From Peptococcia bacterium (GTDB lineage: Bacteria; Bacillota; Peptococcia; DRI-13; DTU073): 64,000 bases of DNA. Numbering within the stretch: position 1 is the first letter of the stretch; each line of letters opens with the position of its first letter. The notes beneath the pieces were generated by a model. That model was not told where the DNA came from. It was given only the letters and a program-made list of their open reading frames with translations, and did not search any database. The position numbers and the translations under genes are program-made. Location of the stretch: NCBI GenBank assembly GCA_050951565.1, contig JBMNJH010000012.1:63141-127140 (forward strand), read 5' to 3'. Positions 19,811 through 31,159 of this stretch are shown piece after piece.

Positions 19811-20683
19811 CTAAACATTCCCCATGAAAACATATTTCAAATGTTGCCGCGCCAGTTCGGCCAGTTCCATCATCCGCTGACGGCTGATGGGCGCCGGCTC
19901 GTTCATCTGGTAATCCGGATGGTGCCTCGACAGGTGCAGAGGGATGTCTGCGGAAAGGGAAGCCAGCCATCGGGCAAGCATGCCAACTTCTTCTTCGCTA
20001 TCATTGAAACCCGGAATCAGCAGGGTGGTTACTTCCACATGGCAGGCCGGCGCGCAGAGGGCAATAGTCTCCCGGACATGCTTGATGCGCCCTTTGCACA
20101 TCTTTTGGTAGAAGTCATCGGAGAAGGCTTTTAAATCAATATTGATGGCATCCAGATAGGGGAGCAGCTCTTGGAGCGGCTCCCTATTAATATAGCCGTT
20201 GGTCACCATGACGTTTTTCAGCCCCTTTTGGTGAGCCAGCCTGGCACAGTCGTAAACGAATTCATACCAGATGGAAGGCTCGTTGTAGGTGTATGCCAGA
20301 CCGATGTTCCCCAGTTTGACAGTGTCCTCGGCGGCTTTCACCAACTGTTCCGGGCTAAAGCGTTTCGCCGGGGGCTGCTCCTGGGAGAGGTGCCAGTTCT
20401 GGCAGAAGGAGCATTTCAGGTTGCAGCCGAAGCTGCCGGCGGAGAGGATGAGGCTCCCCGGATGAAAGCGCTTTAAAGGTTTCTTCTCAATGGGATCAAG
20501 GGCCAGGGCCGTGACCTGACCGTAATTCAGGGAAACGAGCTTTCCGCCCACATTCTGCCGGGCCAAACAGAGCCCGGTTTGCTCGGGGTTAAGGGCGCAG
20601 CCATGGGGACAGAGCAGGCATTTCACCTTGCTGTCGCCGGTTTTTTCGTAATAGCGGGCCGGGGCCAAGAAGGGCTGGGCCAT
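19811..20683 (-). CDS. AmmeMemoRadiSam-system radical SAM enzyme (AmrS-like)
   Basis: CNLKCSFCQNW radical-SAM motif plus the family-typical N-terminal extra Cys cluster CLLCPHGCALNPEQTGLC. Sits downstream of the AMMECR1 gene. Confidence 0.8.
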   Translation of the reverse strand: MAQPFLAPARYYEKTGDSKVKCLLCPHGCALNPEQTGLCLARQNVGGKLVSLNYGQVTALALDPIEKKPLKRFHPGSLILSAGSFGCNLKCSFCQNWHLSQEQPPAKRFSPEQLVKAAEDTVKLGNIGLAYTYNEPSIWYEFVYDCARLAHQKGLKNVMVTNGYINREPLQELLPYLDAINIDLKAFSDDFYQKMCKGRIKHVRETIALCAPACHVEVTTLLIPGFNDSEEEVGMLARWLASLSADIPLHLSRHHPDYQMNEPAPISRQRMMELAELARQHLKYVFMGNV

Positions 20684-20760
20684 ATCGGAATCACCCCACT
20701 AGATTTAAGTCGATAGTTTATGCCGGTAATGCTTTTACCGGGGTATTTGCCTAGTTACGG

Positions 20761-22272
20761 TTATTTAAAGCGGGTTACGGTGAATTTGGCGATGGCATAG
20801 GTGTCGTGAGGATCAATCCCTGCTTTTTGGCAGGCAATCGCTAGTTGTTCTTCCACCGTATCGACTCCTTCCAAATCAGGGAGCAATAACCCCCGGCGCC
20901 ATCCTTGGCTGACGATGACGCCGTATTTTTTCGGGTCAAGCTCGGCCTTGCTTTGGACCGGAATCGGACTGTCCAAAACATCCACGCTGTATTCCAAAAA
21001 GGGCAGCTCGTCAGGGGTAACGGGGGTAAAGCGAGGGTCCTTTGTTCCTGCACTAATGGCATTCTGCCTGATTTCTTCGGCAATGCTGGAGGTGGTAGGC
21101 TCCGTAGTACCGATACAACCCCGCAGTTCGCCGAATTTTTTTAAGGAGACGAAAACCCCGGCCTTTTCCGTCCACAGGTCGAAAGAAGCGGTTTCGTTTT
21201 CCTTTTGCTGCCCATTGTTATGGTTAATGTCCGTCTGATGGAGAGACGTTTTCAACTGTTGCAGGTCGATGATTTGCTTGTTCAGCACGTATTCTTCCAG
21301 GGTTTTTTGAGCGATTTGAACCGGAAGGCTGCCGGCTTCCCGTTCTTTGGCCAGCATATTCCTTATCTTGGCCAGCGGATCATCGGCCGTTTGGTCCGTT
21401 GGTTGGGGCAAGAACTGAGCCACGCCATAGCCGATGCCGAAGGGCGCTTCGTAGGATAAAACCTCGGTCCGGGGATTTAAGCCTTCAAAGGCACCGCAAA
21501 GCACAATCAGGGAGCGGTAGCCACATTCCGCCGCTTCTTCCCTTAAGTGATGGTTAATCGTGAGTAAAGCAGAAAGATCCCCTTGTTTTAGGTGTTCGAT
21601 CAGTTGTTGGTCAAAGGCGGCTCCTTCCGGGCAGGCGCCATAGGGGCTTTCTTCGTTGACCCGGTGGGATAAATCGCCACTGGCCACCAGCACAATTCTT
21701 TTGTGTAGCTTTTCCGCCGCTTGACGGATGATTTGGCCCAACTGATAAAGGCGCTGCAAGTCCAAAGCGGAAGGGGCCATAGCCACCAGTTGGAATTGGT
21801 TGTAGCGGGAGCTCAGGTAATACAAGGGGACGAAGGCGCCGTGGTCCAACGTGTTTTCCAGCCCGTGCCGCCGCATGGTCGCCTCATCCAGCCTGCCCCC
21901 GGGAAGACCGGCTGCTTCCATCAGTCCCTCGATTTCCGTGATCAAAGCAGTGTCTTGCGGGAAGGAAAGCTGGCAGTCGGCCCGGAACTGGCGCAAGTCC
22001 CCTTCCAACACCGGACTGTTATAAATGAAGATAAAGTCGCGAAACATGGGGGCATGGGGGGAAAGCAGAACCACCGTGTCGGGCTCGAGTTCGCGGATTT
22101 TTTCGGCTACCTTCTTAAGCGCGGCGATTGTTTGCGCCGCGGCTTTTTCCTGGCCTTTGCCTACTTCCGGGACAATGACCGGGGGATGAGGAAGGAGAAA
22201 ACCGGCACCAAGAAAGTTCTTCCCGCGGGAAGGCCGTCTGTTCGCCACGGGCGACAGTTTCCTGTAGTTCAT
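20761..22272 (-). CDS. Fusion protein: N-terminal LigB/Memo-like (class III extradiol dioxygenase fold) domain plus C-terminal AMMECR1 domain (AmmeMemoRadiSam system proteins B+A fused)
   Basis: [18 protein letters not shown] and ASGDLSHR motifs of the LigB/Memo fold. C-terminal [21 protein letters not shown] is the AMMECR1 signature. Confidence 0.75.
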   Translation of the reverse strand: MNYRKLSPVANRRPSRGKNFLGAGFLLPHPPVIVPEVGKGQEKAAAQTIAALKKVAEKIRELEPDTVVLLSPHAPMFRDFIFIYNSPVLEGDLRQFRADCQLSFPQDTALITEIEGLMEAAGLPGGRLDEATMRRHGLENTLDHGAFVPLYYLSSRYNQFQLVAMAPSALDLQRLYQLGQIIRQAAEKLHKRIVLVASGDLSHRVNEESPYGACPEGAAFDQQLIEHLKQGDLSALLTINHHLREEAAECGYRSLIVLCGAFEGLNPRTEVLSYEAPFGIGYGVAQFLPQPTDQTADDPLAKIRNMLAKEREAGSLPVQIAQKTLEEYVLNKQIIDLQQLKTSLHQTDINHNNGQQKENETASFDLWTEKAGVFVSLKKFGELRGCIGTTEPTTSSIAEEIRQNAISAGTKDPRFTPVTPDELPFLEYSVDVLDSPIPVQSKAELDPKKYGVIVSQGWRRGLLLPDLEGVDTVEEQLAIACQKAGIDPHDTYAIAKFTVTRFK

Positions 22273-22476
22273 TAAAAAACACCGTCCTTTTTGCCGATGG
22301 GCAAGCTCGCACTTGACGTTTTCGTCCCAGGTCCACTTGCACTGTTTTGGTATTAGTCATATTATATCCTAAAGCACATCTTCCGTAAAATTTCCCTATT
22401 GAGAATATTTGCGCTATAATATAATTTGTGTTATTATGATTTGATAGTTTGGAGGGTCAAAAATGGGGTGAGCAAA

Positions 22477-23631
22477 ATGGAACAGGATTATGATAAGGAA
22501 AGCATCAATTTGCACGATACCGACCTACGGGAACGGTATGGAAAAATCAGCAGCTTTGTGGGCATTTTCGTCAATGTCTTCCTGTTTGCGATTAAGCTGT
22601 TTGTCGGCCGGCTTTTTCATAGCGTGGCCGTTACGGCGGATGCGGTAAACAATCTTTCGGACGCCGGCTCCTCCGTTATTTCCCTCGTGAGTTTTAAATT
22701 GGCGGGCATGCCGGCCGATAAGGAGCATCCCTTTGGGCATGAACGAATCGAATACCTGGCTTCCAGCGTCGTCGGGTTTTTGATTATTTTGCTGGGCGTT
22801 GAATTGTTAAAGACCTCCTTTGAAAAAATCCTGCATCCCGACGAGATCGTATTCAGTATGTTGACCGTCGGCGTTTTGTTGTTTTCCATTGTAGTTAAAT
22901 TCTTTCTGTATTTCTTCAACATGCGCTTGGGTAAACGCTTTAATTCGTCAGTAATGAAGGCGACGGCCGTGGATAGTCTCTCTGATGTACTGGCGACTTC
23001 TTCCGTCTTGCTTTCCACGGTGGTCAGTCCCTTGATTGGCTTGCAGTTGGACGGCTATATGGGTGTTGCCGTTTCCATCTTGATTATGATTTCCGGTATT
23101 AATATCTTAAGAGAAATGTTGGATACGCTCTTAGGAGAAAAGCCTGCCGCTGAACTGGTCGAGCGGATCGAGAATGCAATCAAGAAATATGATGGGGTGC
23201 TCGGGGTCCATGATTTGGTTATCCACAGCTACGGGCCACGGCGTTTCTTTGCCACTGCCCATGTGGAGGTCGACGCGAAAAATGATGTTTTAGCCAGTCA
23301 TGATTTAATTGATAATATCGAGCGGGAAGTGGAGGAGCAGTTGAACATTCACCTGGTCCTGCACATGGATCCCTTGACGATGGATGACCCTGATGTGAAC
23401 AGGTGGCGGGAAATGACGAAAGAAATCGTGGCCGAAGTAAATGAGTCTTTATCCATGCACGATTTTCGGGTGGTGAAAGGGGTTACCCATACTAATTTGA
23501 TCTTTGACGTGGTGGTTCCATACCAGTGTCAGAAGAACGATCGGCAGGTGATTGAGGAGATCACGCAAAAAATTCAGGCCCAAGGAGAAAACCTTTTCCC
23601 GGTAATTACCATTGACCGCTCCTATGTGTAA
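22477..23631 (+). CDS. Cation diffusion facilitator (CDF) family divalent-metal efflux transporter
   Basis: HSVAVTADAVNNLSD (TM2 metal site) and HxxxD in TM5 (ATAVDSLSD). C-terminal cytoplasmic domain present. ATG at 22477 with RBS. Confidence 0.85.
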   Translation: MEQDYDKESINLHDTDLRERYGKISSFVGIFVNVFLFAIKLFVGRLFHSVAVTADAVNNLSDAGSSVISLVSFKLAGMPADKEHPFGHERIEYLASSVVGFLIILLGVELLKTSFEKILHPDEIVFSMLTVGVLLFSIVVKFFLYFFNMRLGKRFNSSVMKATAVDSLSDVLATSSVLLSTVVSPLIGLQLDGYMGVAVSILIMISGINILREMLDTLLGEKPAAELVERIENAIKKYDGVLGVHDLVIHSYGPRRFFATAHVEVDAKNDVLASHDLIDNIEREVEEQLNIHLVLHMDPLTMDDPDVNRWREMTKEIVAEVNESLSMHDFRVVKGVTHTNLIFDVVVPYQCQKNDRQVIEEITQKIQAQGENLFPVITIDRSYV

Positions 23632-24061
23632 GGACTCGGAAGATGCCAACAAGTTGAGGAAGGCAGGTTTGTCAGACAAGTTGAGGAAAAACTATTGTCT
23701 ACGGATGGTTAAAATGATATCCTATACTTTAGAGTATGTTTTGATGAGTTAAAGGGGAGTAACAACCGGAACCGGAGATAAAGTCAACAACCGGCGGATG
23801 GAGAACCCGCCTGGCTTTATCCTTTGCTTTGTCAAAGTTGTAAGACCTTTAGCATGGTTTTATCATCTATTGATAAAATTTTGTTTAAGGTCTTTTTTGT
23901 CGGGCTTTTTAGGGAGGAGGGATAAAATATTAAAGAATAAGGCAGAAAAAAATATGATAAGATGAATGAGACCAGGCAAACAGGTTTAAGAAGATTTTTT
24001 GAGATAAAAGGATTAAGCTGCAAAGATGGTGGTTAGCTTGAGGAAGGGAGAATGATTGTTC

Positions 24062-26734
24062 ATGTGGTTTGCCAAAACAAAGGAAGAAGTTATCGAAGAA
24101 CTGCAGGTTAATGCAAGCAGCGGGTTAACATCAGCAGAGGTGGAAACCAGGCAGGCGCAATACGGGAAGAACAAACTGCGGGAAAAGCCCAAGAAAAGCC
24201 TTTTCGCGTTGTTTTTAGGCCAGTTGCAGGATATGTTGATTTATGTTCTGCTCGGTGCGGCCGTAATTACCGTATTAATTCGCGAGTACGTTGATGCCAT
24301 CATCATTTTGTTGGTGGTGCTTTTAAATGCCACCATCGGAGTTATTCAGGAATACAAGGCGGAAAAGGCGATTGAAGCGCTGAAGCAACTAACCAGCCCC
24401 AAATCAATCGTCCGGCGTGACGGCGAGGTGCTGGAAATCGATTCGGTGGAGATTGTCCCTGGTGATATCATTCTCCTGGATGCGGGCCGCTTTGTTCCGG
24501 CAGATTTAAGACTGATCGAAAGTGTGAATCTGCAGATTGACGAATCTGCCCTCACCGGTGAGTCGGTGCCGGTGGAGAAGAATGCCGGGGACGTGCATGA
24601 GGATGAAAAAACGCCCCTGGGCGATCGTACCAACATGGCCTTCATGTCCACCCTGGTTACCTACGGCCGCGGCGAAGGTGTGGTGGTAGGAACGGGGATG
24701 AATACGGAAATCGGGAAAATCGCCAAAATCCTGGATGAGGGCGGGGAAGAATTGACGCCTTTACAGAAAAGGTTGGAGGAGTTGGGCAAGGTCCTCGGTT
24801 ATGGGGCGCTGGGGATCTGTGTCCTGATGTTTGGCATCGCTCTTCTGCAGAATCGGGATTTATTCGAGATGTTCCTCACGGCGATCAGCCTGGCGGTGGC
24901 GGCGATTCCGGAAGGGCTGCCGGCCATTGTGGCCATTGTGCTGGCCCTGGGCGTTACCCGGATGTCCAAGGTCAACGCCATTGTGAAAAGGCTTCCTGCC
25001 GTGGAGACTTTAGGGTCGGTAAATGTCATCTGCTCCGATAAAACCGGTACCCTGACCCAGAATAAGATGACGGTGGTACAGTTCTATACATATGGTAAGT
25101 TGCAGGAAGTACCTGGTGAGGGAAGCGGCTTTCAAGCCGGGCCGGATGCCCAGGCCTTGATGAAAGCTATGGTGCTGTGTTCGGATGCCATTTACGAACA
25201 TGGGCAAAGCACCGGCGATCCCACTGAGGTGGCCCTGGTGGTGCTTGGGGAGCGTTATAACCTCGTCCGGAACAAGTTGCACACGGAGCACCGGAGGGTG
25301 GGCGAAAAGCCTTTCGATTCCGACCGCAAACTGATGTCTACGTTAAATGAGGTAAAAACAGAACAGGGCAGCCAAGGTTTTCGGGTGCATACCAAAGGCG
25401 CTCTGGACAATCTGTTAAAAATCTGTACCAAAGTTTTGGTAAACGGGCAGGCTGTTCCTTTAACGGAAGAAATCAAGGCGGAGTTCTTAAAGGTGGCCGA
25501 AGAAATGTCCGACCGTGCCCTGCGGGTATTGGGGGCAGCCTTTAAAGATACGGACAAATTACTGGAACCGGAAACGATGGAAACTGAGCTTACCCTCATC
25601 GGTATGGTGGGAATGATTGATCCGCCCCGTGTAGAAGTGAAAGCTTCTATTGCGGAGGCGCAAAAAGCCGGGATTATCACCGTTATGATTACCGGTGACC
25701 ATAAAAACACGGCTGTGGCCATTGCGAAAGAATTGGGGATTGCTGATTCGATCGAACAAAGTATTACCGGGGCCGAGCTTGATGAGTTTTCCGATGAGGA
25801 ATTTGGGCAAAAGGTGAATCAGTACCGGGTTTTTGCCAGGGTATCCCCTGAGCATAAGGTGAAAATTGTCAAAGCCTTCAAGGCCCAGGGAAAGATAGTC
25901 TCGATGACCGGGGACGGGGTGAACGATGCACCGTCGTTGAAAATCGCCGATATTGGCGTGGCCATGGGCATTACCGGGACGGATGTGTCCAAGGGCGCCA
26001 GCGACATGATTCTAACGGATGACAATTATACGACCATTGTCAACGCCATCAGGGAAGGGCGGAACATTTACAGCAACATCAAAAAAGCCGTGGTTTTTCT
26101 GCTTTCCTGCAATTTAGGCGAGATTGTCACCGTGTTTTTGTCCGTTTTGTTCTTTTGGCCGATTCCCTTATTGCCGACCCAGATCTTGTGGATCAATTTG
26201 ATTACCGATAGCCTTCCGGCCATTGCGCTGGGCGTTGATCCCGGCGACAAAGATGTAATGAAGAAAAAACCCCGGAATCCGAAGGAGAGCTTTTTTGCCA
26301 GAGGCGCCGGAGTCCGGGTGGTTTTAGGCGGCACTCTCATCGGGGCCTTTACCTTGGCGGCCTTCTACTTTGGCCTGCATGAATATGGTTACGGCCTGAC
26401 TTCCGCCCATATTTCCGACGAAGCGTTGACCTATGCCCGGACTATGGCTTTTGTGGTGTTGGCCGCATCGCAGCTCTTTATGTCTCTGAGCATGCGCAGT
26501 TTCAGCAAGCGGATTTTTCAACTGGGCTTGTTTACCAATATGAAACTCATCGGGGCGATTATCGTCGGCTTTGTCTTGCAATTGAGCGTCATTTCCATTC
26601 CTGTGCTGGCCGATGCCTTTAAAGTAAAGATGCTTTCCTTATATGACTGGGGGCTGGTCTTACTTTTTGCCTTGGTGCCCTTTATGATGAATGAATTGCT
26701 AAAGAGCGTTGGAAAAAAAGCAGAGCATTACTAA
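24062..26734 (+). CDS. Calcium-translocating P-type ATPase (type IIA, PMR1/YloB-like)
   Basis: TGES, DKTGTLT, TGDHKNTA, GDGVNDAP, and the TM4 IPEGLPA motif diagnostic for Ca2+ pumps (Mg2+ MgtA has PEMLP instead). Confidence 0.9.
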   Translation: MWFAKTKEEVIEELQVNASSGLTSAEVETRQAQYGKNKLREKPKKSLFALFLGQLQDMLIYVLLGAAVITVLIREYVDAIIILLVVLLNATIGVIQEYKAEKAIEALKQLTSPKSIVRRDGEVLEIDSVEIVPGDIILLDAGRFVPADLRLIESVNLQIDESALTGESVPVEKNAGDVHEDEKTPLGDRTNMAFMSTLVTYGRGEGVVVGTGMNTEIGKIAKILDEGGEELTPLQKRLEELGKVLGYGALGICVLMFGIALLQNRDLFEMFLTAISLAVAAIPEGLPAIVAIVLALGVTRMSKVNAIVKRLPAVETLGSVNVICSDKTGTLTQNKMTVVQFYTYGKLQEVPGEGSGFQAGPDAQALMKAMVLCSDAIYEHGQSTGDPTEVALVVLGERYNLVRNKLHTEHRRVGEKPFDSDRKLMSTLNEVKTEQGSQGFRVHTKGALDNLLKICTKVLVNGQAVPLTEEIKAEFLKVAEEMSDRALRVLGAAFKDTDKLLEPETMETELTLIGMVGMIDPPRVEVKASIAEAQKAGIITVMITGDHKNTAVAIAKELGIADSIEQSITGAELDEFSDEEFGQKVNQYRVFARVSPEHKVKIVKAFKAQGKIVSMTGDGVNDAPSLKIADIGVAMGITGTDVSKGASDMILTDDNYTTIVNAIREGRNIYSNIKKAVVFLLSCNLGEIVTVFLSVLFFWPIPLLPTQILWINLITDSLPAIALGVDPGDKDVMKKKPRNPKESFFARGAGVRVVLGGTLIGAFTLAAFYFGLHEYGYGLTSAHISDEALTYARTMAFVVLAASQLFMSLSMRSFSKRIFQLGLFTNMKLIGAIIVGFVLQLSVISIPVLADAFKVKMLSLYDWGLVLLFALVPFMMNELLKSVGKKAEHY

Positions 26735-26785
26735 AAATGCTCATGCGCAAGGAACAAAAGGAACTGTCGCAAGGAGGAGATTGTG

Positions 26786-28681
26786 ATGGCATTGAAACGC
26801 TTTAAAGCAGAGTCTAAAAGATTGCTGGATTTAATGATTAATTCCATTTACACCCATAAGGAGATTTTTTTAAGGGAACTGCTATCCAATGCCAGTGACG
26901 CCATTGATAAGCTCTATTACAAGTCCTTAACGGACGGCTCAATGCAGGTTGACCCCCAAAGCTGTTACATCAAAATAAGCTTTGACAAGGACAGCCGGAC
27001 CTTGAAGGTTGTTGATACGGGGATTGGCATGACCAAAGAGGAACTGGAAGGAAATTTGGGGGTCATTGCCCAAAGCGGCTCGTTGGCTTTTAAGAAGGAA
27101 CACGAAATTAAAGACGGCTATGAACTGATCGGGCAGTTCGGGGTCGGGTTTTATTCGGCCTTTATGGTGGCGGATACCGTGACGGTAATCAGCAAGGCCT
27201 TAGACAGCGATCAGGCTTATCGTTGGGAATCCCAAGGGGTCGAAGGCTATACCATTGAGCCCTGTGCAAAAGAGCAATTTGGCACGGAAGTAATTTTGAA
27301 GATTAAAGAAAACACGGATGAGGAGAATTATGACGACTATTTGAACGAATTTACCCTGCGGGCCCTGATCAAGAAATACTCTGATTTTATCCGTTATCCG
27401 ATCAAAATGGACGTCACCAAGACCCGACCCAAGAAGAAAGAGGACGGCTCGGAGGAGAGCGTGGAGTTTTACCAGGAAGAAGAGATCATTAACAGCATGA
27501 TCCCCATCTGGAAAAAGAACAAAAACGAGCTTAAGCCGGAGGATTATGAGAACTTTTATGCGGAGAAGCATTTCGGTTTCGACAAACCGCTGAAATACGC
27601 CCATATTAACGCGGAAGGAACGATCAGCTACCGGGCGATCCTCTATATCCCGGAAAAAATGCCCTATGCTTTCTATACCAAGGAATATGAGAAGGGCTTG
27701 GAGCTATACTCCAACGGTGTCTTAATCATGAACAAGTGTGCCGAACTGGTGCCGGATTATTTCAGCTTTGTCAAGGGAGTCGTCGATTCGGAGGATTTGT
27801 CGTTAAACATCTCCCGGGAAATGCTGCAGCATGACCGGCAGCTCAAGGTCATCGCCAAAAACATTAAGTCCAAAATCAAGGGCATGCTGGAAGAATTACT
27901 GAAAACCGAGCGGGAGAAGTATGAGCAATTCTTTAAGCTTTTCGGGCGGCAGCTCAAGTACGGCCTGTACAGTGATTATGGCGCCCATAAAGATGTTTTG
28001 CAGGATTTGTTGATGTTCTATTCTTCCAAGGAAAAGAAGATGGTGACCTTAGCTGAATACGTGGCCCGGATGCCCGAAGAACAAAAGTATATTTATTACG
28101 CGGTGGGTGCTTCGGTGGAAAGACTGGAGAAGCTCCCGCAAACGGAACTTGTGGCAGACAAGGGCTATGAAATCCTTTATTTTACCGACGACGTCGATGA
28201 ATTTGCCATCAAGATGCTGGGAAGTTTTCAAGGGAAAGAGTTTAAATCGGTTTCCGGCAGTGATTTAGGGCTGGAAAAAGACGAAAAAGAAGCGGCGGAC
28301 AAGCAAGCGAAACAGGAAGATTACAAGGAAATTTTCGAGCAGATGACGAAACTCCTTGAAGGAAAAGTCACCTCCGTGCAAGCTTCCGAGCGCTTGAAAA
28401 GCCATCCGGTTTGCCTTTCCAGCGGGGGCGAGCTGACCATCGAGATGGAGAAGGTCTTGAACGCCATGCCCTATAACAACCAGAAGGTTAAGGCGGACAA
28501 AATCCTGGAAATCAACGTGCAGCACGAGGTTTTCCAAGCACTCCAGGAAGCCTTTAAAAACGACCAGGAGAAATTTAAGCTGTACACGGATCTGTTGTAT
28601 AATCAAGCCTTGCTGATTGAAGGACTGCCCATTGAGGACCCGGTCCAGTTTACGAATAACATCTGTAAGATGATGAAATGA
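26786..28681 (+). CDS. htpG: Molecular chaperone HtpG (Hsp90)
   Basis: [23 protein letters not shown] ATPase motif, GQFGVGFYS. Confidence 0.92.
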   Translation: MALKRFKAESKRLLDLMINSIYTHKEIFLRELLSNASDAIDKLYYKSLTDGSMQVDPQSCYIKISFDKDSRTLKVVDTGIGMTKEELEGNLGVIAQSGSLAFKKEHEIKDGYELIGQFGVGFYSAFMVADTVTVISKALDSDQAYRWESQGVEGYTIEPCAKEQFGTEVILKIKENTDEENYDDYLNEFTLRALIKKYSDFIRYPIKMDVTKTRPKKKEDGSEESVEFYQEEEIINSMIPIWKKNKNELKPEDYENFYAEKHFGFDKPLKYAHINAEGTISYRAILYIPEKMPYAFYTKEYEKGLELYSNGVLIMNKCAELVPDYFSFVKGVVDSEDLSLNISREMLQHDRQLKVIAKNIKSKIKGMLEELLKTEREKYEQFFKLFGRQLKYGLYSDYGAHKDVLQDLLMFYSSKEKKMVTLAEYVARMPEEQKYIYYAVGASVERLEKLPQTELVADKGYEILYFTDDVDEFAIKMLGSFQGKEFKSVSGSDLGLEKDEKEAADKQAKQEDYKEIFEQMTKLLEGKVTSVQASERLKSHPVCLSSGGELTIEMEKVLNAMPYNNQKVKADKILEINVQHEVFQALQEAFKNDQEKFKLYTDLLYNQALLIEGLPIEDPVQFTNNICKMMK

Positions 28682-28703
28682 AGAAATGAAATGAGGTCCC
28701 AAA

Positions 28704-30326
28704 ATGATTTACATTTTTGGTCATAAAAACCCGGATACGGATTCTGTCGCCGCGGCCATCGCTTTGGCCGATTTTAAGAACAAAACCGGCGTCGAGGCAG
28801 AGGCAAGGGTTTTAGGACCGCTCAATAAGGAAACCCAATATGTTTTGGATTACTTCGGGACTGTCGCGCCCAAACTCATCGAGGACGTGAAGCCCAGGCT
28901 GAAGGACCTTAATTATGACAGGGTGGCCAGCATCGGCCCGCGCCAGTCGCTGCTTTCCGCGTATAAAATCATGGAAAAAAACAATATCAAAACCTTGCCC
29001 ATTGTGGATGAGGATAACCTGCTGATGGGTATCGTAACCATGAAGGATATTGCCATGTGGTTGATTAAGGGCGACTTTTATTACCTGCGCAGCACCATTG
29101 CCAATATTGCCGAGGATTTGGAAGGCAGGCTGCTTGCCGGCAATGCAGCCGCGGAGGTGGAGGGGCAGATTTCTGTCATCTCCTATTATTACGATACGGT
29201 GGTCAGGGAAAGAATTATCAGGAAAGACAGCATTGTGATTGTGGGCGACCGTTATGAGATCATCGATTATTCCATTGAGAGCGGTGTAAAATTGCTCATA
29301 GTCACCGGTGGAAAGGAGATTCCCGTCAAATACCTGGAGAAGGCCCGGGAAAGGCAAGTCCCGGTTTTGTTGGTGCCGAAAAACACCTATGCCGCTGCCA
29401 AACAGTTAAATCATTGCAATTATGTCTCCATCATCATGAAGACGAAAGACCTGGTCAAATTTACGGAGAATGAAGATTTAGCCGAGGTCAAAGAGGAGTT
29501 GCTCATCCACCGGCACTCCAATTATCCGGTGGTCACCGAAAACAACGAATACCTGGGTTTTGTCGGCCGAAGACATCTTTTAAACCCCAACCGGAAAAAA
29601 GTAATTCTGGTGGACCACAATGAATATGCTCAAAGTGTGAAGGGCTTAGCCCTAGCGGAAATAGTCGAGGTGGTCGACCATCATAAGATTGGTGATGTCA
29701 GCACCTCCAGTCCGATTATCTTCCGGAACCTGCCGGTGGGCAGTACTTGCACCATTGTTTTCAAGCTGTTTAAGGAAGAAAAGGTTCCCTTGACGCGGCC
29801 GATAGCGGGCTTGCTTTTGGCCGGGATTCTTTCGGACACTTTGTCTTTGCAATCCCCCACGACCACGGCTTTAGACCGGGAAGCGGTGCAGGAATTGCAA
29901 AAAATTGCGCAAGTAGATTGGCAGACCTTTGCTCTGGAGATGTTTAAAGCGGGCACCTCTTTGGAAGGGCAAAACATTGCGGAGATTTTCTATAAGGATT
30001 TCAAGGAGTTCGGCGTGAAGAACAGAAAAGTTGGTATCGGGCAGGTTTTCACGCTGGACATGGAGAATATTTTTAATCGCCAGGCGGAGTTTTTGGACTT
30101 TATCGCCCAGATCCATCAACAAAAGGACTATTTACTGACCTTGCTCCTGGTCACGGATATTTTGCGCAAGGGCTCCTATCTCTTTTACAAGTGCAACAAC
30201 GGGCGACTTTTGGCGAATACTTTTAATAAGGAAGTGGAGCAAGGCGTTTTTATCGAAGGGGTAGTATCGAGGAAAAAACAAGTTATCCCGCAAGTGATCG
30301 AAGCGCTGAATAATCTGGAGATGTAG
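28704..30326 (+). CDS. Family II (Mn-dependent, DHH-DHHA2) inorganic pyrophosphatase with inserted CBS-domain pair
   Basis: N-terminal HKNPDTDS DHH motif, CBS pair in the middle, DHHA2 region (VDHH...GSTCT) at the C-terminus. Confidence 0.8.
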   Translation: MIYIFGHKNPDTDSVAAAIALADFKNKTGVEAEARVLGPLNKETQYVLDYFGTVAPKLIEDVKPRLKDLNYDRVASIGPRQSLLSAYKIMEKNNIKTLPIVDEDNLLMGIVTMKDIAMWLIKGDFYYLRSTIANIAEDLEGRLLAGNAAAEVEGQISVISYYYDTVVRERIIRKDSIVIVGDRYEIIDYSIESGVKLLIVTGGKEIPVKYLEKARERQVPVLLVPKNTYAAAKQLNHCNYVSIIMKTKDLVKFTENEDLAEVKEELLIHRHSNYPVVTENNEYLGFVGRRHLLNPNRKKVILVDHNEYAQSVKGLALAEIVEVVDHHKIGDVSTSSPIIFRNLPVGSTCTIVFKLFKEEKVPLTRPIAGLLLAGILSDTLSLQSPTTTALDREAVQELQKIAQVDWQTFALEMFKAGTSLEGQNIAEIFYKDFKEFGVKNRKVGIGQVFTLDMENIFNRQAEFLDFIAQIHQQKDYLLTLLLVTDILRKGSYLFYKCNNGRLLANTFNKEVEQGVFIEGVVSRKKQVIPQVIEALNNLEM

Positions 30327-30331
30327 CGGGG

Positions 30332-31159
30332 ATGGAGGTGTCCGGTTTGCAGCCCATAAGAATCTTATTCGTGGTGTTGCCAACGGCTATCCTGCTTCTT
30401 GTGGGGGTGGCGGTGAAATATTTTCGCGCCTATTGGCTTATTTCCGGTTACAACACCATGTCCAAAGAAAAGAAACAGAATGTGGATATTGAAGCACTCG
30501 CCAATTTTACGGGAAACTTCTGTTTTGTTATTGCCATTATCATTGGTTTTTCCTTTCTCTTTATGGAGACCGGCCATTATCCGCTGGCCATGGCCTTTTT
30601 GGTGTCATTGTTTCCGCTGACCATTTTTGTACTGATCAAGACCCAGGCTTTTGACGGAAACAACCGGAACCCGGACGGGACGATGAAACGCAGCGCCATG
30701 CTGAAAATCGGTTTCGTCATCGTATTTATGGTCATTGTCGGAATAGGGGTTGGTGTGCTCCTGTATCAAAGCTATCAACCGGTGGAAATCGTGGTCGCCG
30801 AGGAATACTTCATGATCAAGGGTATCTATGGGGAAAAGATTGCCTACCAAGACATCACGGAAGTAGCCCTCATTCAGGAAATCCCGCCTATTACCGCCCG
30901 AACCAACGGTTCTTCCCTGGGGGTAAAGAAAAAGGGACATTTTCGCATGAAAGAACTGGGTGCCGTTAAATTATTTTTGGACAGCGGCGAACCCCCCTTT
31001 ATTTATATCGAACGCGGAATGAACGAAGAGCAGGCAGAAAGCGGGGAACAGCAAAGCCAACCGGCGAAAAAAGGCAAGCCGGTGATCATCAATCTTGTCC
31101 ACAAGGAAGACACCGAGTCGGTGTATTATGATTTATACAAGGCCTGGAAAGGGGAATAG
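30332..31159 (+). CDS. Membrane protein with DUF3784-type N-terminus (YWLISGYNTMSKEKK) and bacterial PH-like domain
   Basis: Four predicted TM helices plus a soluble C-terminal domain. Confidence 0.55.
   Translation: MEVSGLQPIRILFVVLPTAILLLVGVAVKYFRAYWLISGYNTMSKEKKQNVDIEALANFTGNFCFVIAIIIGFSFLFMETGHYPLAMAFLVSLFPLTIFVLIKTQAFDGNNRNPDGTMKRSAMLKIGFVIVFMVIVGIGVGVLLYQSYQPVEIVVAEEYFMIKGIYGEKIAYQDITEVALIQEIPPITARTNGSSLGVKKKGHFRMKELGAVKLFLDSGEPPFIYIERGMNEEQAESGEQQSQPAKKGKPVIINLVHKEDTESVYYDLYKAWKGE

Noticed and set aside
22273-22425. Sigma-70 promoter calls in the divergent region between the AmmeMemo operon and the CDF gene (TTGAGA ... TATAAT)
   Set aside because: The spacer between the best -35 and -10 hexamers is 10-12 nt, which is non-canonical. 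It is not reported as a feature.
23640-24061. M-box (Mg2+) riboswitch upstream of the P-type ATPase
   Set aside because: The pump has the Ca2+-type IPEGLPA motif rather than MgtA-type PEMLP. I could not recognise M-box consensus elements by eye, so it is reported only as an unclassified structured leader.
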